A stretch of DNA of 38,323 nt from Acidobacteriota bacterium (GTDB lineage Bacteria > Acidobacteriota > Thermoanaerobaculia > Multivoradales > JAHEKO01): assembly GCA_029863825.1 (NCBI GenBank), contig JAOTUP010000001.1, forward strand, positions 1-38,323. The letters are read 5' to 3'. Positions within the stretch are counted from its first letter, which is position 1. Every line of letters begins with the position of its first letter. The notes beneath the pieces were generated by a model. That model was given only the letters and a program-made list of their open reading frames with translations, was not told the DNA's origin and searched no databases. Shown one piece after another: positions 8,727 through 19,572 of this stretch. Both the position numbers and the translations under genes were made by a program.

Positions 8727-9160
8727 TGCAACGGCGAATCCCCTTCGTCAAGGCGGTGATGACGCCATTCCCGTACTCGATAGAGGCCGGGGCGAGAGTG
8801 GAAGAGGCACGACTCCTGATGCACGAGCACGGCATCAGACACTTGCCCGTGGTCGAGCGTGAGAAGCTCATCGGGATCGTCAGCGATCGCGATCTACGCC
8901 TGGTGACCGAGCCGTCCTCAGGGCGAGTAGCAGATGAGGATCTCGCTATCCGAGACATCTGCGAGCGAGATGTCTTTGTCGTCGAGCTGACGGAGCGACT
9001 CGACGGCGTTCTCGATGAGATGCTGCGTCGACGCATCGGCTCGGCGATTGTCGTGAAGTCCGAGCGTGTCGTCGGGATCTTCACCGCCGTCGACGCTTGT
9101 CGCTTTCTGCGCCAGCTGCTCACCGACTTCTTTCCCACAGACGGCTCGCACGTGGCCTGA
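8726..9160 (+). CDS. CBS-domain pair protein
   Basis: ATG at codon 109 of ORF 8402..9160 (TGATG overlap). Two CBS repeats: HGIRHLPVVEREKLIGIVSDRDL and RIGSAIVVKSERVVGIFTAVD. Confidence 0.8.
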   Translation: MQRRIPFVKAVMTPFPYSIEAGARVEEARLLMHEHGIRHLPVVEREKLIGIVSDRDLRLVTEPSSGRVADEDLAIRDICERDVFVVELTERLDGVLDEMLRRRIGSAIVVKSERVVGIFTAVDACRFLRQLLTDFFPTDGSHVA

Positions 9161-9174
9161 GAGGCGAACGCGAA

Positions 9175-9864
9175 ATGACGACCAGGAGCCTTTCTCGACC
9201 CGAAGTCTCGGCGGACGCCCGGGCGCAGTTCATCCACCGTACGTACGGCCACCTGTTCGGGGCCATTCTCGTCTTTGTCGCTTTCGAGGCCGCGCTCTTC
9301 GGCTCGGGTATCGCCGACCGTATGGCGCGGGCGATGATGCAGGTGCCGTGGGGTCTGATTCTCGGAGCGTTCCTGTTGATCGCCTGGTTTGCGACGCGCC
9401 TTGCGCACCGCATGGAATCGCGCTCGGTGCAATACCTCGGTCTCGGGACCTACATCGTCGCCAAAGGTGTCATCTTCGTACCGCTGCTGTACCGCGCCGA
9501 GCGCGTGGCCGACGGTTTGATCAACCAGGCAGCGCAGGTCACACTGCTCGGCGCGCTCGGTTTGACAATCGTCGCCTTCTCGGTGAAGAACGACTTTTCG
9601 TCATTGCGCCCGTATCTTTACTGGGGCGGGACGGTGGCACTGATCCTGATCGTTGCGGCGCTGGTCTTCGGATTTCGACTCGGCACCTGGTTCAGCGTCG
9701 GCATGATCGCGCTGTCGGGAGGGTCGATCCTCTATGACACGGCCAAGATCGCTCGCCGCTACCGGGGCGATCAATACGTGGGTGCGGCGTTGGGTCTCTT
9801 CGCCTCGATCGGCATGATGTTCTGGTACGTCTTGCGCCTCTTTACTCGAGCGCAACGAGGCTGA
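9175..9864 (+). CDS. Bax inhibitor-1/YccA family membrane protein
   Basis: ATG at codon 27 of ORF 9097..9864. FIHRTYGHLFGAIL, seven hydrophobic segments and a charged C-terminus. Confidence 0.75.
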   Translation: MTTRSLSRPEVSADARAQFIHRTYGHLFGAILVFVAFEAALFGSGIADRMARAMMQVPWGLILGAFLLIAWFATRLAHRMESRSVQYLGLGTYIVAKGVIFVPLLYRAERVADGLINQAAQVTLLGALGLTIVAFSVKNDFSSLRPYLYWGGTVALILIVAALVFGFRLGTWFSVGMIALSGGSILYDTAKIARRYRGDQYVGAALGLFASIGMMFWYVLRLFTRAQRG

Positions 9865-9866
9865 GA

Positions 9867-10322
9867 GTGGTGGTCGGAGCGCGGGCAGAGATCGACGAGA
9901 TCGTGGAGCGCGAGACGCGCGCCTGGGACACTCAGGATCTGGATCTCTTGTTGACGGTCTTCCATCCCGACATGGTGTGGCCGTGGCCACCTCACAAGGA
10001 TGCCCATGATCCGTTGGAGTGGGTTCTCGAGTGGGGCCGATTCGACGAGACGCGCTGGCGAGCCGGGTGGAGCGATCTGTTCGCGACCCACGAGCTGGTC
10101 CACAATCGGAGACGAATTCTCAAGGTCGTCGTATCGGCGCAAAAGGACGGCGCCCTGGCGGTGGTAGACGTCGACACGTTGTGGCGTCACCGCGACGGTG
10201 GCGATTTCCACTGGCTGGGGCGAGCCGGGAAGATCTACTCGAAGGTCGCTGGCGAGTGGAAGATGATCGCGCAAACGGGACTTCTCGATTACTCGACGTT
10301 TGCACGACGACAAGAAGTCTGA
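9867..10322 (+). CDS. SnoaL/DUF4440-like (NTF2 fold) protein
   Basis: 151 aa. EIDEIVERETRAWDTQDLDLLLTVFHPDMVW..GEWKMIAQTG is the typical NTF2-like layout. Confidence 0.55.
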   Translation: MVVGARAEIDEIVERETRAWDTQDLDLLLTVFHPDMVWPWPPHKDAHDPLEWVLEWGRFDETRWRAGWSDLFATHELVHNRRRILKVVVSAQKDGALAVVDVDTLWRHRDGGDFHWLGRAGKIYSKVAGEWKMIAQTGLLDYSTFARRQEV

Positions 10323-10400
10323 GCCATCACGGCCGTTCGTTCGGGCGCCGATGGAAGATGAGATTCCCCATGGCTCCGGTCGGAACGTCGAGGCGGAGGG

Positions 10401-11060
10401 TCACCGAGGGACGTCGCCGAGGAGCTCCCCGGTATCGCTGAGAGCTGGATAGGGTGTGTCACGGCGTCGGCAGATGTCGGCGAGCTCGGGGTAGGACCAC
10501 TCGAAGAGCTTGCGGTCGTATAGCTCTTGGTCCAATCGTCGAGACGCATAGAGGCCGGCCGCTATGCGCTGCCGCTGCGCTTCGAAAAGGAGCACGGCTG
10601 CCGCCACCGAGACGTTGAGCGAGGTGACGAAACCGCTCATTGGAATCGATACGAGCTCGTCGGCAGCGACGAGCGTTTGCGGTGTGATTCCGTCTTTTTC
10701 CTGGCCGAGCAGAATGGCCGTCGGCTGGGTAAAGTCGACCTCCCGATAGTCTGTTGTGGTATCTCCCGGATGGGCGGCAAGAATGCGAAGGCCGTGCTGG
10801 CGCAGATGGTCGAGGCCAAGGCGTGCGCTCCTGTGAACGTGGACCTCAAGCCAGCGATCCGAGCCGCTGGAGCTGACGAGCGAGGTGCGCAATCTGCCGT
10901 GGGCGAACACGGCATGCGCTTCCAGCAGTCCGACTGCATCGGCGGTCCGCAAGATGGCGGCGAAGTTGTGCGGCTTGTGGACGTTCTCCAGCAGCACCGT
11001 GAGATCCGGCTGGCGGCGGTCGAGAACGTGACGGATGCGCTGGAATCTTTCGGGTGTCAT
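10401..11060 (-). CDS. trmH: SpoU-family tRNA (guanosine-2'-O)-methyltransferase
   Basis: Start taken at MTPERF (codon 9 of ORF 10401..11084). LLENVHKPHNFAAILRTADAVG, ILLGQEKDGI and SIPMSGFVTSLNVSVAAAVLLFE are present. Confidence 0.75.
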   Translation of the reverse strand: MTPERFQRIRHVLDRRQPDLTVLLENVHKPHNFAAILRTADAVGLLEAHAVFAHGRLRTSLVSSSGSDRWLEVHVHRSARLGLDHLRQHGLRILAAHPGDTTTDYREVDFTQPTAILLGQEKDGITPQTLVAADELVSIPMSGFVTSLNVSVAAAVLLFEAQRQRIAAGLYASRRLDQELYDRKLFEWSYPELADICRRRDTPYPALSDTGELLGDVPR

Positions 11061-11184
11061 GGGACGGGAAGTCGGCGCGTCCATGCTACCAATGTCGTCG
11101 GCGGCAGTCTGGTGATGCCCGGTGCGCGGTCGGCCGCGGGACTCCGCCGCAAGGGGCCTGGGGTCGAAGAGCTGATGGAGAAGA

Positions 11185-11211
11185 CCCCTGCGAAGGTTGA
11201 CTCCGCAGGGG
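11185..11211 (-). terminator. stem-loop downstream of the OMP gene (possible intrinsic terminator)
   Basis: On the minus strand: CCCCTGCG-gagtcaacctt-CGCAGGGG, a perfect 8-bp GC-rich stem 21 nt after the stop. It is followed by tcttctcc, which is only weakly U-rich. Confidence 0.4.
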
Positions 11212-11231
11212 TTGGGACGCTTGAGGAACGC

Positions 11232-11951
11232 TCAGAAACTGACCGAAAGGCCCGCTGAGAGCGTACGCCCGGACAGGTCGAGTTCGCCCAGTCCTTCGAA
11301 ATCGCTCCCGAGCTCGTCGTCGACCCGTTGCCAGCGACCTTCTGCGTAGACAGACCAGTTCGTCGCAATGGGCGCCTCGAGCCCGGCACGCCAATAGTAG
11401 CCGAGAGCGCCGCCCTCGTCTTCGAAGAAGTCATCGAAGATCTCGAAGTCGGCGGTTGTGAAGTCGATGAAGTCTCCGAACTCACGCAGGCGCCAGGCCC
11501 AGACTCCACCGCCGAGCCCGACGTAAGGAACCAGCGCGCGATCGCGTTGCGCCAGGTGCACCAGCAAGCCCAGCGTGAAGGAGCTGATGTCGAGCTCTGT
11601 CGTGTGCCTGATCGGAGCACCAAACTGATCCTCGAACCGCAAGTACTCCTGCCGCGCGGCGCCCTCATAGAACGAGCCGGAGAATGCAAGTCCCAGGCGA
11701 TCTCCGAGGAACCGCACCCATTCGATACCGATGGCGGCGTCATCGAAATCTCCACTGTCGCCGGTAAAATCGGCGGCCTTGTCGCTCCAATACTGGGAGT
11801 CGGCTTCCGGCTCGAAGGAGCCGAGGTCGAACCGAAAGATCTGGTCCTCGCCCCAGTGGCCGCGGGTGCCGCCACCGTTGGCAGCGACGGCGTGCGAGGC
11901 GAGAAGCAGCATGAGCACGGGAGCCAGCCACATGAGTTTTTTTCCGATCAT
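11232..11951 (-). CDS. outer-membrane beta-barrel protein
   Basis: Start at MIGKKLMW, preceded by AAGGAG. Signal peptide ends ...ASHAVA. Alternating-residue strands, with a C-terminal ...LSVSF ending in the terminal Phe typical of OMPs. Confidence 0.65.
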   Translation of the reverse strand: MIGKKLMWLAPVLMLLLASHAVAANGGGTRGHWGEDQIFRFDLGSFEPEADSQYWSDKAADFTGDSGDFDDAAIGIEWVRFLGDRLGLAFSGSFYEGAARQEYLRFEDQFGAPIRHTTELDISSFTLGLLVHLAQRDRALVPYVGLGGGVWAWRLREFGDFIDFTTADFEIFDDFFEDEGGALGYYWRAGLEAPIATNWSVYAEGRWQRVDDELGSDFEGLGELDLSGRTLSAGLSVSF

Positions 11952-12262
11952 CGTCTTTCTCCTTAGTGCCGGTTTCTGCAAACACGTGAGTGATGAGCAA
12001 CTGTGATGCCAGGTGAGCCAGGCGCTTCAAAGTGGCTGATTCTCAGCCGAAATCGGCCTGTTGAGGGGACAGTCGGCCGCAATCCAGGACGGCCCATGCC
12101 GAGCAGGCGCGGTCTGGTAAGATCACTGCACAGCCTCTGCGACGGTTCGAAAGGGGTAGAAGAAGAGGAAGCCGCGAAACTGCGGTAGGCGTGCTGTCGT
12201 GTTGCAGTCGCCGTTCTACGACCGAGACCGTCGCCAACAGCCGTAGGAGAGAAGAAGCAAAC

Positions 12263-13555
<1,293 letters not shown>

Positions 13556-13746
13556 CGTGAGGCCTTCACATGAAGGACTGAGTTGACAGACGAAAAGGTC
13601 AATTGCAACAATGGCGCCAAGCGCTGCAATCAGGGAGTGAGACGGGTGAGGGTTCTCGAACTACAGACGCCGTCCGGCGACGAGCCGAACGAAGGCGGAA
13701 TGAGGGCGCGCTGTAGCCGGGAGCTCGCCGTACCTGCGAGAGAATC

Positions 13747-14469
13747 ATGAGCTGTCAGGGATGTTCATACACGGGAATCTCGACCGCGATTGAGCATAAC
13801 TTCGTCGGTGTGCGTTTCCGGGAAGAGACCAATCTCACGCTGTGTGAAAGCGGGGAGGAGATCTACTCGCAAGGCGAAACAGTCGTCGTCGAGCTCGACT
13901 CGGGCCCCGCGGTCGGACGCATCGAGCGCTCACCGATGCCGATCTTCAAGCCGTGCCAGAAGTCGAATTCGGGCCGCATTCTGCGTCGCGCCGGAGAGAA
14001 AGATCGAGAGCTCCACGAGCGCCAGCTCACGCGTGAGATGAGCGCGAAGCGATTCGCTCAGGAGCGCGTTCACAGCCTGTCCCTGGAGATGAAAGTATCG
14101 AAAGTCCAGTTCTCGCTCGATGGAAGCTTGGCCCGCTTTTTCTTCACTGCCGACGGACGAATCGACTTCCGTGAATTAGTGCGGGACTTGTCCGGGCGCT
14201 TCTCGGTAAAGGTGCGGATGGTCCAGGTGGGCACTCGCGATGAAGCCGGCCTCATCGGTGGTGTCGGGGTGTGCGGCCGGACGCTCTGTTGTTCAACCTG
14301 GCTCAAGGACTTCAGGCCCATCTCGATCCAGATGGCGAAGCGCCAGGGCCTGAGTCTCAATCCTTCGAAGATCTCCGGTCAGTGCGGAAGGCTTCTCTGT
14401 TGCCTGGCCTACGAGGACGATCAGTATCAGAAGCCCAAGGCGAAGCAGAGTCCAACACGAGCGAACTGA
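13747..14469 (+). CDS. ricT: PSP1-domain protein (RicT/YaaT family)
   Basis: 240 aa. PSP1 C-terminal region with the paired Cys motifs [11 protein letters not shown] and [11 protein letters not shown]. Confidence 0.8.
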   Translation: MSCQGCSYTGISTAIEHNFVGVRFREETNLTLCESGEEIYSQGETVVVELDSGPAVGRIERSPMPIFKPCQKSNSGRILRRAGEKDRELHERQLTREMSAKRFAQERVHSLSLEMKVSKVQFSLDGSLARFFFTADGRIDFRELVRDLSGRFSVKVRMVQVGTRDEAGLIGGVGVCGRTLCCSTWLKDFRPISIQMAKRQGLSLNPSKISGQCGRLLCCLAYEDDQYQKPKAKQSPTRAN

Positions 14470-14470
14470 C

Positions 14471-14788
14471 ATGAGTAACAGAAAGCTGATTCGACCCGAC
14501 CTCTCGGAGATGAAGGGAACCGCCGGTCGCGCGGTGCGCAGGAAACAGACGCCGCCCGAGCAGACGAATGCCGAGGAGTTTTACTACCTGAAGCAGATGG
14601 CGGCGCGCACGGCAATGGTCGTCGTGCTGACCGATGGGAGCGAACTGCGCGGCTGGATCGAGTGGTACGACAAGAATGCCATCAAGCTCAACCGCCAGGG
14701 TGCGCCCAATCTCCTGCTCCTGAAACACAACATTCGCTACATGTTCAAAGAGGAAGAGCTCAAGCGCCGGCACAAGCGCGCCACCTGA
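14471..14788 (+). CDS. Sm-fold, Hfq-like RNA-binding protein with basic N-terminal extension
   Basis: 105 aa. The core [42 protein letters not shown] follows the Hfq Sm1/Sm2 layout (V.L.nG..L.G.I..fD...l.L......l..KH.I). It starts 1 nt after the ricT stop. Confidence 0.55.
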   Translation: MSNRKLIRPDLSEMKGTAGRAVRRKQTPPEQTNAEEFYYLKQMAARTAMVVVLTDGSELRGWIEWYDKNAIKLNRQGAPNLLLLKHNIRYMFKEEELKRRHKRAT

Positions 14789-14827
14789 GGGCGGCAGAAT
14801 CTTCGCAGAAGTCGCTAAACTCCTGTC

Positions 14828-15856
14828 ATGGCTGCGCGCAGCCGAGCTCCAATTCTTGCCGTCACCCAGGGTGACGCTGCCGGCGTCGGCCCGGAGATTC
14901 TGGTAGCTCTCGCGGTATCCGAGAGCTCTCGGTATCGACTCCTGCTGGTCGCCGAGGAAGCTGCGCTGTCGCAGGTCTCAGCCGCCGTCTCCGAGACAGC
15001 GGGAGTGAGTTTCCACTATCTCACCGGCGCGCCGAGTCGAGACGCATTGGATGAGCAGCCCCCGCATGTCATCTCGGTTCTCGATCCGGTAGCCGAACCT
15101 CGACAGGTGCGCTTCGGCCGTTCCGGCGCTGCTGATGCGGCGGGTGCCCTCGCGTGTCTGGACGCCGGGATCCGTTTGGCGCAACAGAATGTAGTGGATG
15201 CGCTGGTCACGGCGCCGGTCAGCAAGGCGTCGATCGCCACGCATCATCTGCCGAGCTTTCGCGGCCATACCGACTACCTGGCCGAACGCTGTGGGTTGGA
15301 GCGCTACGGGCGCGAGTATCTGATGGCGTTTCTGACATCGGAGCTGCAGGTGGCGCTCCTCACCACGCACGTTCCGCTCGTCGAGGCGGTGAGGAGTGTA
15401 TCGACCGAGGCCCTGTCGGCCGCTCTTGAGTGTCTGCATCGCCATGCCGGTGGCCGCATCGCCGTCGCCGGCCTCAACCCGCACGCTGGAGAAGGCGGCC
15501 TTTTGGGCGGCGAGGAGGCGGACCTCATCCGGCCGGCGGTCGAGGCGGGTCGCACGGCTGGCATCGACGTGGCGGGACCCGAGAGCGCCGACTCGGTGTT
15601 CTCGCGCGCCCGTCGCGGTGAGTTCGACTGGGTGCTGGCGTTGTTCCATGATCAGGGCCTGATCGCCGTCAAGACTCTCGCCTTTGGAGGTTCGACGAAC
15701 TGGACACTCGGACTGCCGTTTCTGCGTACGTCGGTCGATCATGGGACGGGTTTCGAGATCGCCGGTCAGGGTCTCGCCGATGCCACACCCTTGCGGATGG
15801 TGTGTGAGACGACGTGCGATCTCGTCTCGGGTCGTCTCCCGAGGCGCCGGGCATGA
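14828..15856 (+). CDS. pdxA: 4-hydroxythreonine-4-phosphate dehydrogenase
   Basis: TQGDAAGVGPEI, TAPVSKASI, GHTDYLAE, GLNPHAGEGG, HDQGLIAVK and TSVDHGTGFEIAG. Confidence 0.9.
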   Translation: MAARSRAPILAVTQGDAAGVGPEILVALAVSESSRYRLLLVAEEAALSQVSAAVSETAGVSFHYLTGAPSRDALDEQPPHVISVLDPVAEPRQVRFGRSGAADAAGALACLDAGIRLAQQNVVDALVTAPVSKASIATHHLPSFRGHTDYLAERCGLERYGREYLMAFLTSELQVALLTTHVPLVEAVRSVSTEALSAALECLHRHAGGRIAVAGLNPHAGEGGLLGGEEADLIRPAVEAGRTAGIDVAGPESADSVFSRARRGEFDWVLALFHDQGLIAVKTLAFGGSTNWTLGLPFLRTSVDHGTGFEIAGQGLADATPLRMVCETTCDLVSGRLPRRRA

Positions 15857-15907
15857 AGAGGCTTCTTCGTTGACCGGTTTCAACAGGCGTCGGTAGACTG
15901 GCAATCT

Positions 15908-17191
15908 ATGTTGTCCCGTGACCTGCTGCGCAGCGATTCCGAGAACGTCAGAGAGAAGATCGCCGCTCGTGGCGCCGACGCGGATCTGGTTGACCGCTGG
16001 GTGGAGCTGGATCGCAACCGGCGCCAGCTTCTCGGCGATCTCGAAGAGCTCAAGCGGCGGCGCAACGAAGCGAGCAAGCGAATCGGCGAGCTCAAACGCA
16101 AGGGCGAGGACACCGAGGATCTCATCGCCGAAGTGGCCGATCTCAAAGGCCGAGTCACCGGTTTCGAAGCCGAAGTGGCGGCCGTCGACGGTGCGTTGGA
16201 GGAAACGGCGCTTTCATTTCCCAACATCGCTCATGAGAGCGTTCCTGCAGGTGTCGATGAAGAGGCCAACCGAGTCGAGCGTGTGGTCGGTGAACCGAGA
16301 CAATTCTCGTTCGAGTCCAAGGCCCACTGGGATCTTGGACCGGAGCTCGGCATCCTCGACTTCGAGCGCGGTGCCAAAGTTGCGGGAGCACGCTTCACCG
16401 CCTACTTCGGAGCCGGGGCGCGGCTGGAGCGAGCACTCATCAACTTCATGCTCGACCTTCATACCAGCCAGCACGGCTATCGAGAGGTGCAGCCGCCGTT
16501 CATCGTCAACACGGACGCGCTGATCGGCACCGGTCAGCTCCCAAAGTTCGGAGACGACCTGTTCAAGCTCGAAGGTCACGAGTACTACCTGATTCCCACT
16601 GCCGAGGTGCCGGTCACCAATCTTCATCGACAGGAGATTCTCGACGAAGACGAGCTACCCGTGAAGTATGTGGCCTATACGCCGTGCTTCCGCGCCGAGG
16701 CCGGCTCCTACGGGCGCGACGTCCGCGGACTGATTCGCCAGCACCAGTTCAACAAGGTCGAGCTGGTTCACTTGACGACGCCAGAGACGAGCTATCAGGC
16801 TCTGGAAGAGCTGACAGCGAGTGCCGAGCGCGTTCTCCAGCTTCTCGAGCTTCCGTATCGAGTGGTCTGTTTGTCGACTGGAGATATGGGATTCGGCGCG
16901 GCGAAGACCTACGATCTCGAAGTGTGGCTTCCCGGGCAGAATGCCTATCGCGAGATTTCTTCATGCTCGAACTGCGAGGCATTTCAGGCGCGGCGGGCCG
17001 GACTCCGATACCGACCGAAGGACGGCGGTAAGCCGCGCTTCCTGCATTCGCTGAACGGGTCGGCGTTAGCGGCCGGACGAACGCTGGTTGCGGTGCTCGA
17101 GAACTACCAGTGCGAGGACGGGTCGGTTCTGATACCCGAGGTCTTGCGTCCGTACTTCGGTGGTCTCGAGAAGATCACCGCCGCGTCCTGA
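15908..17191 (+). CDS. serS: seryl-tRNA synthetase
   Basis: 427 aa. N-terminal coiled coil, then class II motifs: [38 protein letters not shown] and [18 protein letters not shown]. Confidence 0.95.
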   Translation: MLSRDLLRSDSENVREKIAARGADADLVDRWVELDRNRRQLLGDLEELKRRRNEASKRIGELKRKGEDTEDLIAEVADLKGRVTGFEAEVAAVDGALEETALSFPNIAHESVPAGVDEEANRVERVVGEPRQFSFESKAHWDLGPELGILDFERGAKVAGARFTAYFGAGARLERALINFMLDLHTSQHGYREVQPPFIVNTDALIGTGQLPKFGDDLFKLEGHEYYLIPTAEVPVTNLHRQEILDEDELPVKYVAYTPCFRAEAGSYGRDVRGLIRQHQFNKVELVHLTTPETSYQALEELTASAERVLQLLELPYRVVCLSTGDMGFGAAKTYDLEVWLPGQNAYREISSCSNCEAFQARRAGLRYRPKDGGKPRFLHSLNGSALAAGRTLVAVLENYQCEDGSVLIPEVLRPYFGGLEKITAAS

Positions 17192-17352
17192 CACGGTCAA
17201 CGTAGACTCCGGGCGGCGAGTCGGCTCTCTGTCTTCCTGTCTGATCGTCCTCGAGCAAGGCCTCTTTCGAGCCGCTCCGATAGGATTCTCTGCCAGGAGA
17301 GGACTCCAGGTGACGCTGTTCGCTGTCTGGCCGTCCGCGCAAGGTTGGGAGA

Positions 17353-19533
17353 ATGGTCGGCGATCCGACAAAGCCATCACGACAGCTCTTGATAGCGACG
17401 GTATTGGGCCTGGCTGCGATGTCAGTGCTCATCCTCCTGGCAATCGAACGCGGATCGATTGGGCGCGTTTCCGGCGATGAGGGTACCTACGTTGCGATGG
17501 CCGAGAGCCTGGCGCTCGATTTCGACCTCGAATTCCGGGAAGAAGACGAAGCCCGCGTTTCCGGCGCCCCAGAACCGGGTCGTAGGACGGTCATCCTGCA
17601 GCGAACGCAGCGCGGCATCTCTTACTCGAAACCCTTCGTGCCTGCCTTGGTTGCGGCGCCGTTCTTTGCGCTTGTCGGAGCACGCGGACTGATCGTTGCC
17701 AACGTGTTGGTGCTGGCTGCCGCTCTGGTCGCGCTGTGGCTCTATTTGAGACGCCTCGGTGGCAGCGGCGCATCGGCCTTGACGCTCGTCACCTTTGCCG
17801 CCAGCGGTTCGCTGTTGCCATATGTTGTGTGGCAGACGAGTGATCTCCTGCAGGCGTGCCTGGCGCTCACCGGCCTGACGCTGTGCCTCGGCCGTCTGCG
17901 CAAGCCGATCTCGGCGGATCGGAGCTCCGATCTTCTCGATCAAAACTGGTCGCTGTGGCTGGGCGCCGCACTTCTCGGCGTGCTCGTTGCCCTGCGGCCA
18001 CCCAACATTTTCATCGCCGGGATCGCACCGCTCGCCCTGATCGCCTCCGGCAGGCGACGCCACGGCGCCGGAGTAGCGACGGCAATGGTCCTCACTCTTC
18101 TTGCCGTCGGCGGCGTCGGGTTGCTCGTCTTCGACAGCGCCATGCCTTACAAAGCCGAGCGCGCGACTTTCAACTCCCAGACCGGCTACCCTGCCGGGGA
18201 TGACGTCGAGACGGTTTCGACTCAGTTTGAGGCCGGGCGCGCGACGTCGAGCCTGGGCGTTGTGCCGGATTGGAAACCCAGAGTCTCCGCCTACTCGTCT
18301 CTCTACTTCCTGATCGGGCGCCACACCGGGGCGCTGATCTATTTCCCGGCGCTTTTCTTTCTGTTGTGGACAGTCGTCCGTTCGCCTGATCGAACGAGCC
18401 TGTTGGTTCTGGGCGGCGTCATTGCCGCCAGCACCTTCTTTCTTGTGTGGTTACCGTTCAACTACTTCGGTGGAGGGAGCTGCATCGGGAATCGCTACTT
18501 TCTGGCGAGCTACGCGGCGCTGCCGCTGGCCCTTCGAAGGCCGCTGGGGCGATGGAGCCTGGTGGGCTGCTGGCTTCTCGCCGCGGTCGTCGCTTCCTCT
18601 GCAGTCACTTCCGAGCGAATAACGCCGATCGAGGGACGCACGAGTCAGAGTCACGCTCACGCCGGCATCTTTCGATGGCTTCCGTATGAAACGACAGCCT
18701 CAGATCTCGAAGGGAGTCGCGACCATTACTTCGGCAAGGACTTTGTTCGCACGGTCGATCCGTTCATTGGCGCCGGCGAGTGGATCTTCGAGCTGCAGAG
18801 CGACCGGCCGGCGGCCGAGATCGCGCTCGCCAACCTCGAGCGCGAGGAAGCGGTGCGCTTCTTGGTCCACTCTGCGGCCCCGAGCATCGAACTGGAGTAC
18901 TCGGACTACGGACAGAAGGTGTCCGTCGTGCTCGAGAAGCCGCTCGGTCTCAGAGGGGTTGTCGAACTCGCGCCAACACCACCGATTCGGTACCATCCGC
19001 TCTGGTTTCGCAACCTCTGGGACCATGGCAAGCCCTACTGGGTGCGCGTCTTCCGAGTCGGGCTGCGGTCCGTGGACGGCTTGCCGGCGGCCGCAACGAT
19101 TCGCTTCCTTGGACGCGAGAAGTTCCCACCGGACCTCTTCGAGCGGACCGTCCTGGCGGCGGAGCTGCCGGATTCGGTCGTGGCGGGTTCGGTCTCGAGA
19201 GTCACGATCCGCGCGCGTAATCAGAGCCGCGGCGCGTGGCGATCGGAGGGTCTGTTTCCCGTCTTCTTGAGCTACACGCTTGAGCCGCTGAAGAACGGCC
19301 GCAGTGAGGTAGAGGAAGGGCAACGGAATCCTCTGGGAGGTGCGATCAGGCCGACTGCGGAGCTTGCGCTACCGCTCGAGATTCGCTGGCCGTGGAAACC
19401 GGGCTCGTATCGGGTGAAAGTGGATCTGGTGGCCGAGGGCGTGGCTTGGTTCGAGAGCATGGTCGGCGCTCCGCTGGTGGAAGGCACTGTGAACGTCGTG
19501 GGCCAAGAGAGCGAGGAAGCCGGTGGCGCATGA
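17353..19533 (+). CDS. large polytopic membrane protein, putative GT-C (ArnT/PMT-like) glycosyltransferase with soluble C-terminal domain
   Basis: 726 aa. At least 10 hydrophobic helices in the first ~450 aa. A GDEGTYVAMAESLA loop follows helix 1, resembling the DE..Y first-loop motif of GT-C enzymes. The last ~270 aa are non-membrane. The CDS is certain; the function is tentative. Confidence 0.45.
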   Translation: MVGDPTKPSRQLLIATVLGLAAMSVLILLAIERGSIGRVSGDEGTYVAMAESLALDFDLEFREEDEARVSGAPEPGRRTVILQRTQRGISYSKPFVPALVAAPFFALVGARGLIVANVLVLAAALVALWLYLRRLGGSGASALTLVTFAASGSLLPYVVWQTSDLLQACLALTGLTLCLGRLRKPISADRSSDLLDQNWSLWLGAALLGVLVALRPPNIFIAGIAPLALIASGRRRHGAGVATAMVLTLLAVGGVGLLVFDSAMPYKAERATFNSQTGYPAGDDVETVSTQFEAGRATSSLGVVPDWKPRVSAYSSLYFLIGRHTGALIYFPALFFLLWTVVRSPDRTSLLVLGGVIAASTFFLVWLPFNYFGGGSCIGNRYFLASYAALPLALRRPLGRWSLVGCWLLAAVVASSAVTSERITPIEGRTSQSHAHAGIFRWLPYETTASDLEGSRDHYFGKDFVRTVDPFIGAGEWIFELQSDRPAAEIALANLEREEAVRFLVHSAAPSIELEYSDYGQKVSVVLEKPLGLRGVVELAPTPPIRYHPLWFRNLWDHGKPYWVRVFRVGLRSVDGLPAAATIRFLGREKFPPDLFERTVLAAELPDSVVAGSVSRVTIRARNQSRGAWRSEGLFPVFLSYTLEPLKNGRSEVEEGQRNPLGGAIRPTAELALPLEIRWPWKPGSYRVKVDLVAEGVAWFESMVGAPLVEGTVNVVGQESEEAGGA

Positions 19534-19572
19534 ATTACGCCCTGCGCGCGCAGTAGGTCCGAGTCTCCACGG

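Noticed and set aside
12060-12130. Possible ZTP (pfl) riboswitch upstream of purD (GGGGACAGTCGGCCG ... GCGCGGTCTGGTAAG loosely resembles GACUGGCG ... CCGCCUGGGC)
   Set aside because: I cannot form the P1 helix, since no GUCCCC partner is present. The conserved ACUGGCG and CGCCUGGGCA cores are not matched. An Infernal scan with RF01750 would settle it, but by eye it fails.
13563-13580. Hairpin CCTTC-acat-GAAGG just after the purD stop as an intrinsic terminator
   Set aside because: It has only a 5-bp stem and no downstream T-tract.
13584-13615. TTGACA at about 13584 as a -35 for a ricT promoter
   Set aside because: The best -10 candidate at 17-bp spacing (CAACAA) is poor, so there is not enough support to list a promoter.
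14978-15904. Long antisense ORFs (also 11057..11875, 17422..18324, 23029..24156, 25319..26239, 32931..34046)
   Set aside because: Each is opposite a gene with clear family motifs (pdxA, OMP, GT-C, nupC/SDR, cytochrome c, TonB). All have Arg/Pro/Ser-rich composition, the GC-driven open-frame artefact.
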